A stretch of DNA of 64,000 nt, from assembly GCF_031769215.1 (NCBI RefSeq), contig NW_026782269.1:682001-746000 (forward strand), read 5' to 3'. This document shows positions 38,064-50,050 of this stretch, piece after piece (the first letter of the stretch is position 1; the number at the start of each line of letters is the position of its first letter). The DNA comes from Ylistrum balloti (Eukaryota). Below the pieces are notes generated by a model that saw only the letters and a list, made by a program, of their open reading frames with translations, searched no databases and was not told the DNA's origin. Position numbers and translations under genes: made by a program.

Positions 38064-39237
38064 CAGCAGCCTACCTTTATCTTTACATATAAACACGACA
38101 CACTCTTCTCTATCGGCAGCCTACCTTTATCTTTACATATAAACACGACACACTCTTCTCCATCGGCAGCCTACCTTTATCTCTACATATAAACACGACA
38201 GACTCTTCTCCATCGGCAGCCTACCTTTATCTCTACATATAAACACGACACACTCTTCTCCATCGGCAGCCTACCTTTATCTCTACATATAAACACGACA
38301 CACTCTTCTCCATCGGCAGCCTACCTTCATCTTTACATATAAACACGACACACTCTTCTCCATCAGCCATCTACCTTTATCTTTACATATAAACACGACA
38401 GACTCTTCTCCATCGGCAGCCTACCTTTATCTTTACATATAAACACGACAGACACTTCTCTATCAGCAGCCTATCTTTATCTTTACATATAAACACGACA
38501 CACTCTTCTCCATCGGCAGCCTACCTTTATCTTTACATATAAACACGACAGACTCTTCTCCATCGGCAGCCTATCTTTATCTCTACATATAAACACGACA
38601 CACTCTTCTCCATCAGCAGCCTACCTTTATCTTTACATATAAACACGACAGACACTTCTCTATCAGCAGCCTATCTTTATCTTTACATATAAACACGACC
38701 GACTCTTCTCCATCAGCAGCCTATCTTTATCTTTACATATAAACACGACAGACACTTCTCTATCAGCAGCCTATCTTTATCTTTACATATAAACACGACA
38801 CACTCTTCTCCATCAGCAGCCTATCTTTATCTTTACATATAAACACGACAGACTCTTCTCCATCAGCCGTCTACCTTTATCTTTACATATAAACACGACA
38901 CACTCTTCTCTATCAGCCGTCTACCTTTATCTTTACATATAAACACTTCTCTATCAGCAGCCTATCTTTATCTTTACATATAAACACGACAGACTCTTCT
39001 CCATCGACAGCCTACCTTTATCTTTACATATAAACACGACAGACTCTTCTCCATCAGCAGCCTACCTTTATCTTTACATATAAACACGACACACTCTTCT
39101 CCATCAGCCGTCTACCTTCATCTTTACATATAAACACGACACACTCTTCTCTATCAGCCATCTACCTTTATCTTTACATATAAACACGACAGACTCTTCT
39201 CCATCAGCAGCCTACCTTTATCTTTACATATAAACAC
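38041..39237 (-). repeat. 24 x 50-bp tandem array made of the start-codon exon of GAL3ST gene 1
   Basis: Minus-strand unit GTGTTTATATGTAAAGATAAAGGTAGGCTGCTGATGGAGAAGAGTCTGTC. The array is bounded by a ttttcag acceptor (39238) and a gtatgt donor (38040). One unit is 41 bp. Confidence 0.93.
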
Positions 39238-40248
39238 CTGAAAAATGGACATTTTGTTATTTGGCCCGCCTGATCTCTCAGATTTTCTTTGCTAAGCTGA
39301 TATATATCTATCTTCATACATTTTAATGATCACTGATTGCATAGATCGACAGAAAAATCCTCCAAAATTCAATTAAATATGAGATATGATATGTTGACAT
39401 GGTATTAACAAATAAAGGAGCTGTGCTGCATATATACATACTACGGCACCTCCCCACTGGGGAGCCATTTTTATGTACTTGACGGTAAAATACGGTAGTC
39501 AACGACAGACAGAAAATTATTGAACAATGATAGTTAATTAATAAAAGTTTTTCTTTAGGTGTAAGTTTCACGCATAATGTCAGTTGTAATTGATTTTAAA
39601 TGGATACAAGTAAATAAAGTATGTTTGTGTTCTGAGGTGTCGTAGGAAATACATTGTAAACATGCGATAATTTCTTTTCAGACTATTATTCTTGCAAATA
39701 ATGGCAAATTTTGGAGAGGGAACGCGCAGGTTGGGACCCCCTCTGAATGCTCAGACTGACTATCATGTATTACGAATTATACGGAGAGCTGAGCACGGTC
39801 GATAACTCTTCTGTCCTTATACACTAAAAGAACAAAACACTAATAGAAATGTTACATCTCCCTACCAGGTTAATGATTTTACTAACCTGATTAAGCAATT
39901 ACAATTGTGAACCTGTAACAAATATGCATGATACTGTTCTTATGAAAAAAGGGAGTTTCGAAATTACCTCAGCCCCTGTTGTATATATAATTGGATTGTA
40001 TTTTAATATTAAAGCCTCTGGACTGAAATACTGTGAAGTGAACGATTTACAACTTAATGTATGAAACTGGTTTATGTACGTGTTTAACGTGTGACCCTCT
40101 GAGTCTACGTTTCATGACATGACACTTTTAAGACTAATTGACCTCCGACAAGTCACACTTAGTCTTGTCTAGGTGACCTCTTAATAAAATTTTCAACACT
40201 TCCGGCCTCAGTTTTGCTGAGGTAAAATTAGTGTAACCATGATAAATA

Positions 40249-41760
40249 CCAACATTAATATACCACTCGGCTATAGAGAAGTGTATCTTTGGTAAATATC
40301 AACATCAATATACCACTCGGCTATAGAGAAATGTAACCTTGGTAAATATCACAATAAATATACCACTCGGCTATAGAGAAATGTAACCTGGGTAAATATC
40401 ACAATAAATATACCACTCGGCTATAGAGAAATGTAACCTTGGTAAATATCACAATAAATATACCACTCGGCTATAGAGAAATGTAACCTTGGTAAATATC
40501 ACAATAAATATACCACTCGGCTTTAGAGAAGTGTTATACCACTCGGCTATAGAGAAGTGTAACCTTGGTAAATGTCACAATCAATATACCACTCGGCTAT
40601 AGAGAAGTGTAACTTTGTTAAATGTCACTATCAATATACCACTCGGCTATAGAGAAGTGTAACATTGGTTAATATCAACATCAATATACCACTCGGCTAT
40701 AGAGAAGTGTAACTTTGGTAAATATCAACATCAATATACCACTCGGCTATAGAGAAGTGTAACTTTGTTAAATATCACAATCAATATACCACTCGGCTAT
40801 AGAGAAGTGTAACATTGGTTAATATCAACATCAATATACCACTCGGCTATAGAGAAGTGTAACCTTGGTAAATATCACAATGAATATACCACTCGGCTAT
40901 AGAGAAGTGTAACTTTGGTAAATATCAACATCAATATACCACTCGGCTATAGAGAAGTGTAACCTTGGTTAATATCAATATACCACTCGGCTATAGAGAA
41001 GTGTAACAATCAATATACCACTCGGCTATAGAGAAGTGTAACCTTGGTTAATATCAACATCAATATACCACTCGGCTATAGAGAAATGTAACCTTGGTTA
41101 ATATCAATATACCACTCGGCTATAGAGAAGTGTAACCTTGGTTAATATCAATATACCACTCGGCTATAGAGAAGTGTAACTTTGTTAAATGTCACAATCA
41201 ATATACCACTCGGCTATAGAGAAGTGTAACTTTGTTAAATGTCACAATCAATATACCACTCGGCTATAGAGAAGTGTAACCTTGGTTAATATCAATATAC
41301 CACTCGGCTATAGAGAAGTGTAACCTTGGTAAATATCACAATAAATATACCACTCGGCTATAGAGAAATGTAACTTTGGTTAATATCAATATACCACTCG
41401 GCTATAGAGAAATGTAACCTTGGTTAATATCAATATACCTTGGTAAATACGCTATAGAGAATAATCTTGGTTAATATCAACATCAATATACCACTCGGCT
41501 ATAGAGAAATGTAACCTTGGTTAATATCAATATACCACTCGGCTATAGAGAAGCGTAATCTTGGTTAATATCAACATCAATATACCACTCGGCTATAGAG
41601 AAATGTAACCTTGGTTAATATCAATATACCACTCGGCTATAGAGAAGCGTAATCTTGGTTAATATCAACATCAATATACCACTCGGCTATAGAGAAGTAT
41701 AACCTTGGTTAATATCAATATACCACTCGGCTATAGAGAAATGTAACCTTGGTAAATACC
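40249..41760 (+). repeat. Variable-length (~30-51 bp) minisatellite
   Basis: Constant TATACCACTCGGCTATAGAGAA(G/A)TGTAAC plus related AT-rich linkers. Confidence 0.95.
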
Positions 41761-41879
41761 AGTATTAGTATATCAGCTAAAGAAAGGTGTAACAATGGTA
41801 AATATCAACATCAATATATTACTCGCCTATCGAGAAATTTAACCCTGATAAATACCAGCATCAATATCCCTCGAATTAA

Positions 41880-42310
41880 ATCGATATCGTCTTTAGCTCA
41901 CGGACGTTTTACACTGCATACCTCGATTAAAATATTGTTTGTACCCACATCCAAGATGTTTTATACTGCATATCTCGAATAAAATATTGTTTGTACCTAT
42001 CTCAAGAATGTTTTACACTGCATATCTCGAATAAATTTGGGTTGTACCTACCTCCAGGATGTTTTACACTGCATACCTCGAATAAATTCGGGTTGTACCT
42101 ACCTCCAGGATGTTTTACACTGCATACCTCGAATATATTTGGGTTGTACCTACCTCCAGGATGTTTTACACTGCATACCTCGAATAAATTCGGGTTGTAC
42201 CTACCTCCAGGATGTTTTACACTGCATACCTCGAATATATTTGGGTTGTACCTACCTCCAGGATGTTTTACACTGCAAACCTCGAATAAATTTGGGTTGT
42301 ATCAGCCTCC
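41880..42310 (+). repeat. 51-bp minisatellite
   Basis: Unit TTGTACCTACCTCCAGGATGTTTTACACTGCATACCTCGAATAAATTTGGG; it explains the 17-aa periodic ORFs. Confidence 0.92.
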
Positions 42311-43761
42311 AGTACTTCTTACATTCCATGGCGTTAATCCAAATAGGGACAGAGAAATTCATAATTATGAGGTTTGTTTTCTACCCTGAAAAGTGTCCGA
42401 TTGATGACATGACAACAAGGAGATAATGCTGTGTTTTTAACAATTACTGTTGTACCATTGAGGACTGCAAAACAAATGAAATGAATACAGGTACACATTA
42501 CTTAAACCAGGCTTTGTTCATGGGGTGTTATCATGCGTTAAAATTCTATTCAGAGGTTAATAAAGTGAGAGGTACATTATTGTGTGGTCCCCGACTGAGA
42601 TATATAGGTGTTTTCATCCAACCGTATTGTATGTCCTTTACAGTAATTAAAAGTACGTAGCAACATTACAAACGATTGTCATAAACACACAATAACGCCT
42701 ACGTCAGAACTACACATGAAGAAGGGGTCATCTTTCATTGATAAACAATCTTTCTTGGCGTCAATGTCACACTTGCATTAACTTTATCTGTTGTCTTTTG
42801 TACAATAATTAAAACTGACAACTGTCGTCCATATACCGCGATATTTCGGGGTAAATTACTTAGCGTTTCAATGGAAGATATCACTGCAAAAAGAAAAGAA
42901 AATATCTTAAGTATTCTCATTACGAATGAGGACCCCAATAACGAAGGAAGGAAAAAGAGAAAGGAGTAAATGAAACACTTGATCAGACCTTCGCCACTTC
43001 ATTATTAACAATATTTCATCCGCAAATGTGTTATAGATTCCATAATAGAAAATTTTAAAGTAAATATTGATTTATACGTATTGCATCAAAATTATTTGAT
43101 AGTTGCCGTAATATCTACTCGTTTGCATAATTGACCATATAAGATGTCTAAAATCGCCTTCATTTCAAAAGAGTTCTTATTCGTGATAACTTATATTTAT
43201 CTTCTATGGATGATAAGACTTATGATTAAAATGCAATTATTGGAAAAATAGATTTATCTGTGTAATTCATCCATCAAATTTTTATTAACCAACGGACGAA
43301 ACATTGAAATTTATAGGGGCAGCATTGCCCTGTGTTGGTAGAATCAAAGATCAATGAAATGGCTTAGCTGTAACCATTTAGGTTACGTTTATGTAGATTT
43401 GGGTACTCAGTAGATCAAATATTATCTGTGATGTCCTTTATTATAAGAAGCACATATACTAATTTTGCACTCCAGATTTATTTATTGTTGATTTAAGAAG
43501 ACGATTGAAATTTTACAAAAAAAAAAAAAAAAAAGAAAAACAAAACCAAAAAAGTCAGCAAACAGGGCACGGCTTGTCCCCTTATGAATATTTGTAAAAA
43601 CAATTTTGACCACACATGATAATTACGTTCTTCTAAAATTATTTAATATTTATGAAATCTACTGTATTATGAGGCTAGCAAACCTTTCTATATAGAATTT
43701 GACATTTATTCTGATCACTTTAATCCTCTGTCGCCTCTTATGTTTAAAATTTAGGCCCTTA

Positions 43762-43805
43762 GCATCTCTGACAAGTCCTAGAAGGACGAAATAGCTGTAT
43801 GATGC
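43762..43805 (+). ncRNA. Decayed Penelope-type minimal hammerhead ribozyme (best-preserved copy)
   Basis: GCAUC-U-CUGACAA-GUCC/UAGAA/GGAC-GAAA-U-AGCU-GUA-UGAUGC: stems I, II and III are recognisable, with G8 changed to A. Confidence 0.65.
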
Positions 43806-46648
43806 AGTTTAACTCATCGATTGGCACTACTGTAACTTATCATAATCAGTCAAAGATATTCACTTGTGTGTCTTTTATACAATCTTCACAATTCTTATAA
43901 ATCAATCTACCACTCGACTAACAAGTTTTAAAGGAACAGTTTTGTCAGTACATGCTTCTGTATGTTGCTTGTATCTGTTTATCAGAGGTAAAATCATGAC
44001 GTGAAGGGTTATTACTGTGTACTTGTTATGAACTGTAATTACAGGAAAACAATAGCCAATTTTTATTGTAGTAAGGCGACATTCAATACTGAAGAATGGC
44101 GACTACTTGAGTGCCTATTTCTGACTCGAATATTATGGCTATTTTGAGCCATGTAAACAAAACATGAGAATTACACAATTGATCCCATACAATACGTAAT
44201 TATCGACAATGCAGGACTTCGAAACACGGGACTTTGTGTAACGATAATGAGAAAACCTAATGTCAATCGAATACAATTTCAACCATTGTTCTTTAATATG
44301 TTCTAACCGATGGGCATGTGCACGCTGTTCACTGAAGCGTGACACTTTAACAATCCCACTAGATAACACTACAAAGCAGGAATCGATAGATGTAAAAAAA
44401 AAAAACCCTGATATCCATAACTTGTCAACAAAGGGTCATAATGAGCTGTATGAGGACCAATTTATATCAGGTTGTTATAGAAATAGAACTTCTCACATAT
44501 TGTTCAATAGTTACCTTTAAATCACACGTTGACGCTGTCCCTGGTAGCCAATAACTTGTCTTATTCACTAGTTGCACTAGTTTAACATAACAGAAATGCT
44601 GAATTTACAAAAAGATCAGATTAAAGACATGCCTGAGTAAGTCTTTCCAAAACAAGCTAAACAAGAAAGTTAAACACGTAGATACTGTAGATATTTTGAA
44701 ATAATGTAATAAAACAAGGAGGGAACTCACAATTGATATTTACTATGTTTACTACTAATAACTACTCACAACATAGGATATTATCTGTTATCTGCTTTAT
44801 CAATATATACTATTTATGATATATAAATATGTACCGTTACTATATTTAGTTTTGTAGTTTTTAGTATATAGATAATTGCACTACATGTATGATCACAAAT
44901 AACAGCTGATATATTGTTTAAGGGTTGCATGACTTAAGCGGAAATATATTAAACGTATTCATGTCGAATAGCTGTGGTATCTGTTGTTATATGTAAATAA
45001 TTGACTTCTCATTGCTAGAATTGCTGTTTCCGTATAACATAATTCATATTCCATACATCATACACAAGTATTTTGTAGCTTTATCTAAAAAGGGCGATAA
45101 GCAAAACAAATACCACTCCTCACGTGATTCGCATGCTGAAGATGGTACAGAAAACACACATGTTAATATAACTTTTCATTAACAATCAATGAATTAAACT
45201 GCACCATAAAACTGATTCGTGGACTATATTTGGGAACCTAAGGGCGACTCCGGAAACTCAAAATTAATCAAAAGAAATGTAAAAATCAGGATGGGGAGAC
45301 CAGCCCCATCTTTCAATAAAAATCGTAATTATCATCTACCTCATTATTTAAAAAAAAATTAAATACATGTGTATATTCTAAACCGTGCCACTGTTCGTAT
45401 GAATTATTATGTTCTTCTAAAGCCATCAAACTTATGACAGTTACAAAATTTAAATGATTGAAGGTTTACATAATTTGTATACCTGTTTATATGTATGTTA
45501 TCTGCTGTAGCACTATATACACGCTCATTGTTCTGGGAATAAATTGGGATCACTTTATTCATCAATTACTGTTTTTAGATTGACTTGAATTATCACGTTT
45601 TCCCCAAACATAGCTGCGTATTTTGTATTCCTCTTTCTTCTTTTGTATCTTGGGCAGGATACTATCAGAATATTTCATGTGAGAATTCCCTCTGACTATC
45701 CTCTAATAGTCCATAAAGAGAGTTATATACAACGCATCCAAAAGTAATATATCACATCTTTGTTGTAATCAACATTTATAACAAAATCAGCAAATGAAGG
45801 TTCAGGATTTAATTGTGTAGGTTTTGTACAATATTCAAGTATAGACTATAATTTGTGTCATACATTATCATAGGCTGCCAGTGAATGAACTATAGATTTC
45901 TAATACAGCGTTTTACAGTTGCACTTAGCTCAAAGAATTTCCAGATAAGACAGTCTAAGATATTTTAAAGTATGAAAAATAAATAATCTGATAAGCTAGA
46001 AATTACTGTTAATAAAATTAATAAGAACTTTGAGGAACACTTATTTAGATATGTTTCGTTCTTTATCCTAGGGTTCGATTGCCCATTCGTGTACGGCGAT
46101 CGACATATCCAGCGCACCTTGACGTCAATAAATCAATTTATATCTGTCGAAAGTGTCAAAACATATTGCAACAAATACATATAATAAAAATACAATAAAA
46201 TTTCTTCTTAAAAGTAAGACCTGTCCAACAAATTATGACTTGTTCCATCACTATTGTATACTAAGTAAAATATAGTCTAACATATTGTACATTAAAAGAT
46301 AATAAGGTAAAGCTAATCTTAAATGAATCTAAATATAAGACAACGAGTATACACTATCTGATACAGTCTCAGGACGAGGGTACTATGAAAGCTTTAATAA
46401 TCAATAACACTAGTGAGACAGATGGCGTGGATACAATGAGATAAAAAGGTAACAATAAAGTATATTAACAGAGTATGATGAGGACTTGTGTGTTAGACTG
46501 GCTAATGGATAAATATACAAATATCCTGGATATAAGCAAACCGGCATCTGTATATACGTCTTAACGCCTTTTAAATCAATACTTTGCATATCATTACTAC
46601 ACGGTATTCTTATAATGCCACCATCTACATACACATCTGTGTGTAACA

Positions 46649-49072
46649 TCATTCAATAGACGTAGCATTTTGTTTCTTCTTTAATATTTGTAGAAACACG
46701 ACGTCATGAATATAAAGTTTTTTACAGTCCTCACTTGTGATGACGAATGGCGCGTTCCATGGACTACCTTCAAATGTCATTACGGCGTCGTTAAGATCTT
46801 CAGACAATGAAGACAAGCAAAAGTCATCATATTTTGCTCTAGTTTTCCTGAAGTAAGCCACTTCGTCATCGAAATCAGGCAGCTGGCGTTTTATTTTTTC
46901 TTTCAACCTGTTCAGGAAGAAGTCGTACAAATAATAGTCTAGATATCCACAACGCTTATATAATTGTTCCACTTTTGGTCCAAACACCAATCGCGAATCG
47001 TCCAGCTTATTAACGCGAAGTTTAGCGTACAAAACATGTCTGAGATCCCAGTTTAAGATCCGACGCATTAACACAATGGATTCGTCAAGGAACTCCATCA
47101 CCAGTATAATATCAAATTCCTTATCTAGTTGTAATAAATAATTCTCTATCAGATGATGATTCTTTACTAAAAATAGATCACTTGGAAAAAGATAATAAGA
47201 AGCCATTGTATTGCATTTTGAATTACGGATGCCCGTGCTGTTTCTGTAAGCTTCATTGCGAGACAAAAATTGTAGAACTGGATATTTTCCTGGTATACCT
47301 AGCACAGACTCTGGGCGAAGAAATCTAACAAAGGATCTAAAGTGGCTGAACGGCTCCCTCACGATTCCAATGTATCTAGTATCATTAGGTAGAACACTAC
47401 TAAATTGCTGTCTATTATACCTAATGTGTGTACAAGCTATATCAAACATCCTTCCGTTCGGTGGGGGGTAGAAGTAGCGAGATGTCAAGAATTCACCACC
47501 CCCGCTTGGCTTTCTCGGTAGAGCAAAAGTGAGATTCTTTTCATCCCCGTAACGTAGAAATATATTCTGAACCGTTGTACTGGCTGCCTTAGGCACTTTT
47601 ATAAATGCTATATGATTGACAGGTTTACCTGTCTGGATGTATTGGGTCTGTCTGGAAGAGACTTCCCTCCTGTGTAATGTCCATGATGTTTTTCCAACTG
47701 TAAAATTGATGTTAGATTTAACACTGTACAACGTCACCAACACAGCACATCCTAGCAACAAAGACCTGCAACACATTAATTTCTTATAAAACAGTGACAA
47801 TAAAAATAATGAAATAATTATCAAATCCTGCAAAACCGGTCCTGCATTGAGATTAATCTCAGAAGAGGCTGTAGACAAGGCTAACGTCAGCATCAAAATG
47901 TTGAGATAAAGTGACTGCTGTCACATCTGTCCGATTACAACAGTGATATTTTTACTCGTAGCTTCTTTTGTGTGTTTCAAACTTCGTCCTCCAAAACAAA
48001 GAAAACAGTGGTGTAGCTCACCTATAAAGTCCTCAAAAGTTACAATATAAATCAACAATGTAGAAGTTTTATAATTGACAAAAACAACAATAAGAAATAA
48101 ACAATAATAAGTCCCGAATACATTTATAAGAACGTTTTAAAGCATTATTTACTTACAAACATGTACGTGAACGTGCGCCTTAGATTTCAATGTCTTATAA
48201 CAGAAGGTCAACAAAGACAACCCCGTCTGAGTTTCAATACAGACACAATAAATCACTATAAAAAAAACCAATATCATACAAACGTTTGTCGTTAACTGAG
48301 ATCTAATGATAACTGATGGCCAACAATTTAGAAAAGATCATCCTTTAATATCACGGTCATGTTTTAGTGTTTATATACTACTGACTAAGCGTCTTCTGGA
48401 CAATTACATTCATTAAAAAGGAGTTTCACCTTGAATCATATCTACTTCAGTGTAAGTTTAGATAACTTAGAAGCATTAGTAGAATGTCGAAATTATCCAT
48501 TGAAACTGGTTGGTATACCATGTAGTAATCGTGTTCGTCAACTATGTCATAATGTACTGCTAATGAATATCTCTATTTATTTCATTGTTTTACTACTCAA
48601 AGTTTAGTGAAAATGGGAGGTATGTTTGAGATTTTTACCAACCTGTATTAGGTAGAGTGAGCTACTTTCTTTAAAATATCATTAATCTAGTACTTAACAT
48701 CTATATTCCATACTTTCTTTACAATTTTATTACTACTATATTACTCTTGTATGTTTCAAATTGAAATCAAACCTGATTAATGTTTATAATGAGATACCAT
48801 TAAATATGATTATTCAAATGCTACAATGAATTTAACATATGTACCATTGTATCATAGCTCTATTACCGTGTCTGCCATGTTTATTGCTTTGTAAAGCTGA
48901 CCTCTTGTAACACACTTTAGTGTTACCAGTGAGAAATAAAAATCGGAAACTGAAGTCCTTCTTAAACGAACAGATAACTTTAAATAAAGCTTCGGCTGAC
49001 CTAATGATTACAGTGTACGAGTGTGTCCACAGTAGACAAAACAACTTACCTCCAACAAGCTATCCGATGCAT
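46649..49072 (-). CDS. GAL3ST: Galactose-3-O-sulfotransferase family protein 2, join(49072-49050, 47765-46649), 379 aa
   Basis: Same motifs as gene 1. The start exon 49081-49050 (gccATG, ag|gtaagt) gives MHRIACWRSLLLGCAVLVTLY, with the same 23-nt coding length and intron phase as gene 1. The track's 47896-47766 extension is probably intron. Confidence 0.9.
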
Positions 49073-49463
49073 GGCTTGAGTCTGAATGCTAGTGCTTCAT
49101 TGCCTCAATATAGAAAATGTGTGTCAACATTATCCAAAGAACACGGAGTATGTTTTTGTCCTTTACATAATTATTCAAGTTGTATAGTGCATAATGACAA
49201 ATCGTGTAGCGCCACACCAGGTGACACAATCGTCGCACTCGAAGAAGAATACTGTACACCTCGTTAAACATTCCTCTCCTTTATTTTATCGTTGTGTGAT
49301 CTTTAGAAACGAATGCTAAATTCCTATTGAAGTGAAAAAAATGGCGGAATAATGTTCGTCGTGAAGAAAATATTGTTAAATGCACATTATTGGTGTAAAT
49401 TCAATTCACTGTAAACCATGAGTTTAAAAGAAACGAAAATTCTATTGGGTCATTATCTATATT

Positions 49464-49468
<5 letters not shown>

Positions 49469-49499
<31 letters not shown>

Positions 49500-49500
49500 A
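49469..49500 (+). repeat. (GA)n microsatellite
   Basis: Direct read. Confidence 0.9.
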
Positions 49501-49719
49501 GAGAGCCGAGAGCCGAGAGCCTTCTTCCGTCACAAGCAATAAAGAAAATCGTCATTCAAACATAAATCCAATAAAACTAGTGCAAATTTATAGCAGAACG
49601 CGAGGACACTTGAAAAAGTACTGCTTCATTGACGACATCCGCCACAGGTCAATCCAAGTGTAAGTTTACGTTTCCAACTGAGAATACAGAAAACAACAGC
49701 AGGTGCACTTACGAGCACC

Positions 49720-50050
49720 AAACGTATCAGACTTCCTTTCTCATTAGGAAATAGAATTTTCCCGGTGAAATCATTATGGCGATGTCACTGCCATTTCCAA
49801 CCACCAATCTCTCTCGAAATACTATATTGTGACTTTCACTGTTACGTGTGACACGAAAATCGCGATTTTGAGAACAAGTCTTTGAATATCGAAACAATTG
49901 CGACATATAATTAACATAGAATGTTTCTCTCCAGAAATGATTTCGTTGTAGAAAAAGATCGAGACAATCGGCTGATGTAGAAGTGTCGGTCGTTTCCTTG
50001 ATTTCAAATTCAGGTGGGGTATATAGCGTGGGCATAGCCAATAAATGTTT
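49720..50050 (-). mobile_element. Penelope-like RT remnant
   Basis: YTPPEFEIKETTDTSTSADCLDL and YMSQLFRYSKTCSQ..DF. Confidence 0.65.

Noticed and set aside
40249-41760. CRISPR-like look (constant ~29-bp core plus variable spacers)
   Set aside because: The spacers are variants of one another, the context is eukaryotic, and there are no cas genes. It is a minisatellite.
41991-42426. 132-aa and 129-aa periodic ORFs
   Set aside because: Open only because the 51-bp unit is a multiple of 3; no splice or domain support.
36809-47471. + strand ORFs overlapping the GAL3ST exons (36809-37159, 47256-47471)
   Set aside because: Antisense shadows with no independent support.
47766-47896. N-terminal extension of the 415-aa ORF
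   Set aside because: An acceptor at the same position and phase as in the paralog, plus a better start exon at 49072-49050, indicate this is intron.
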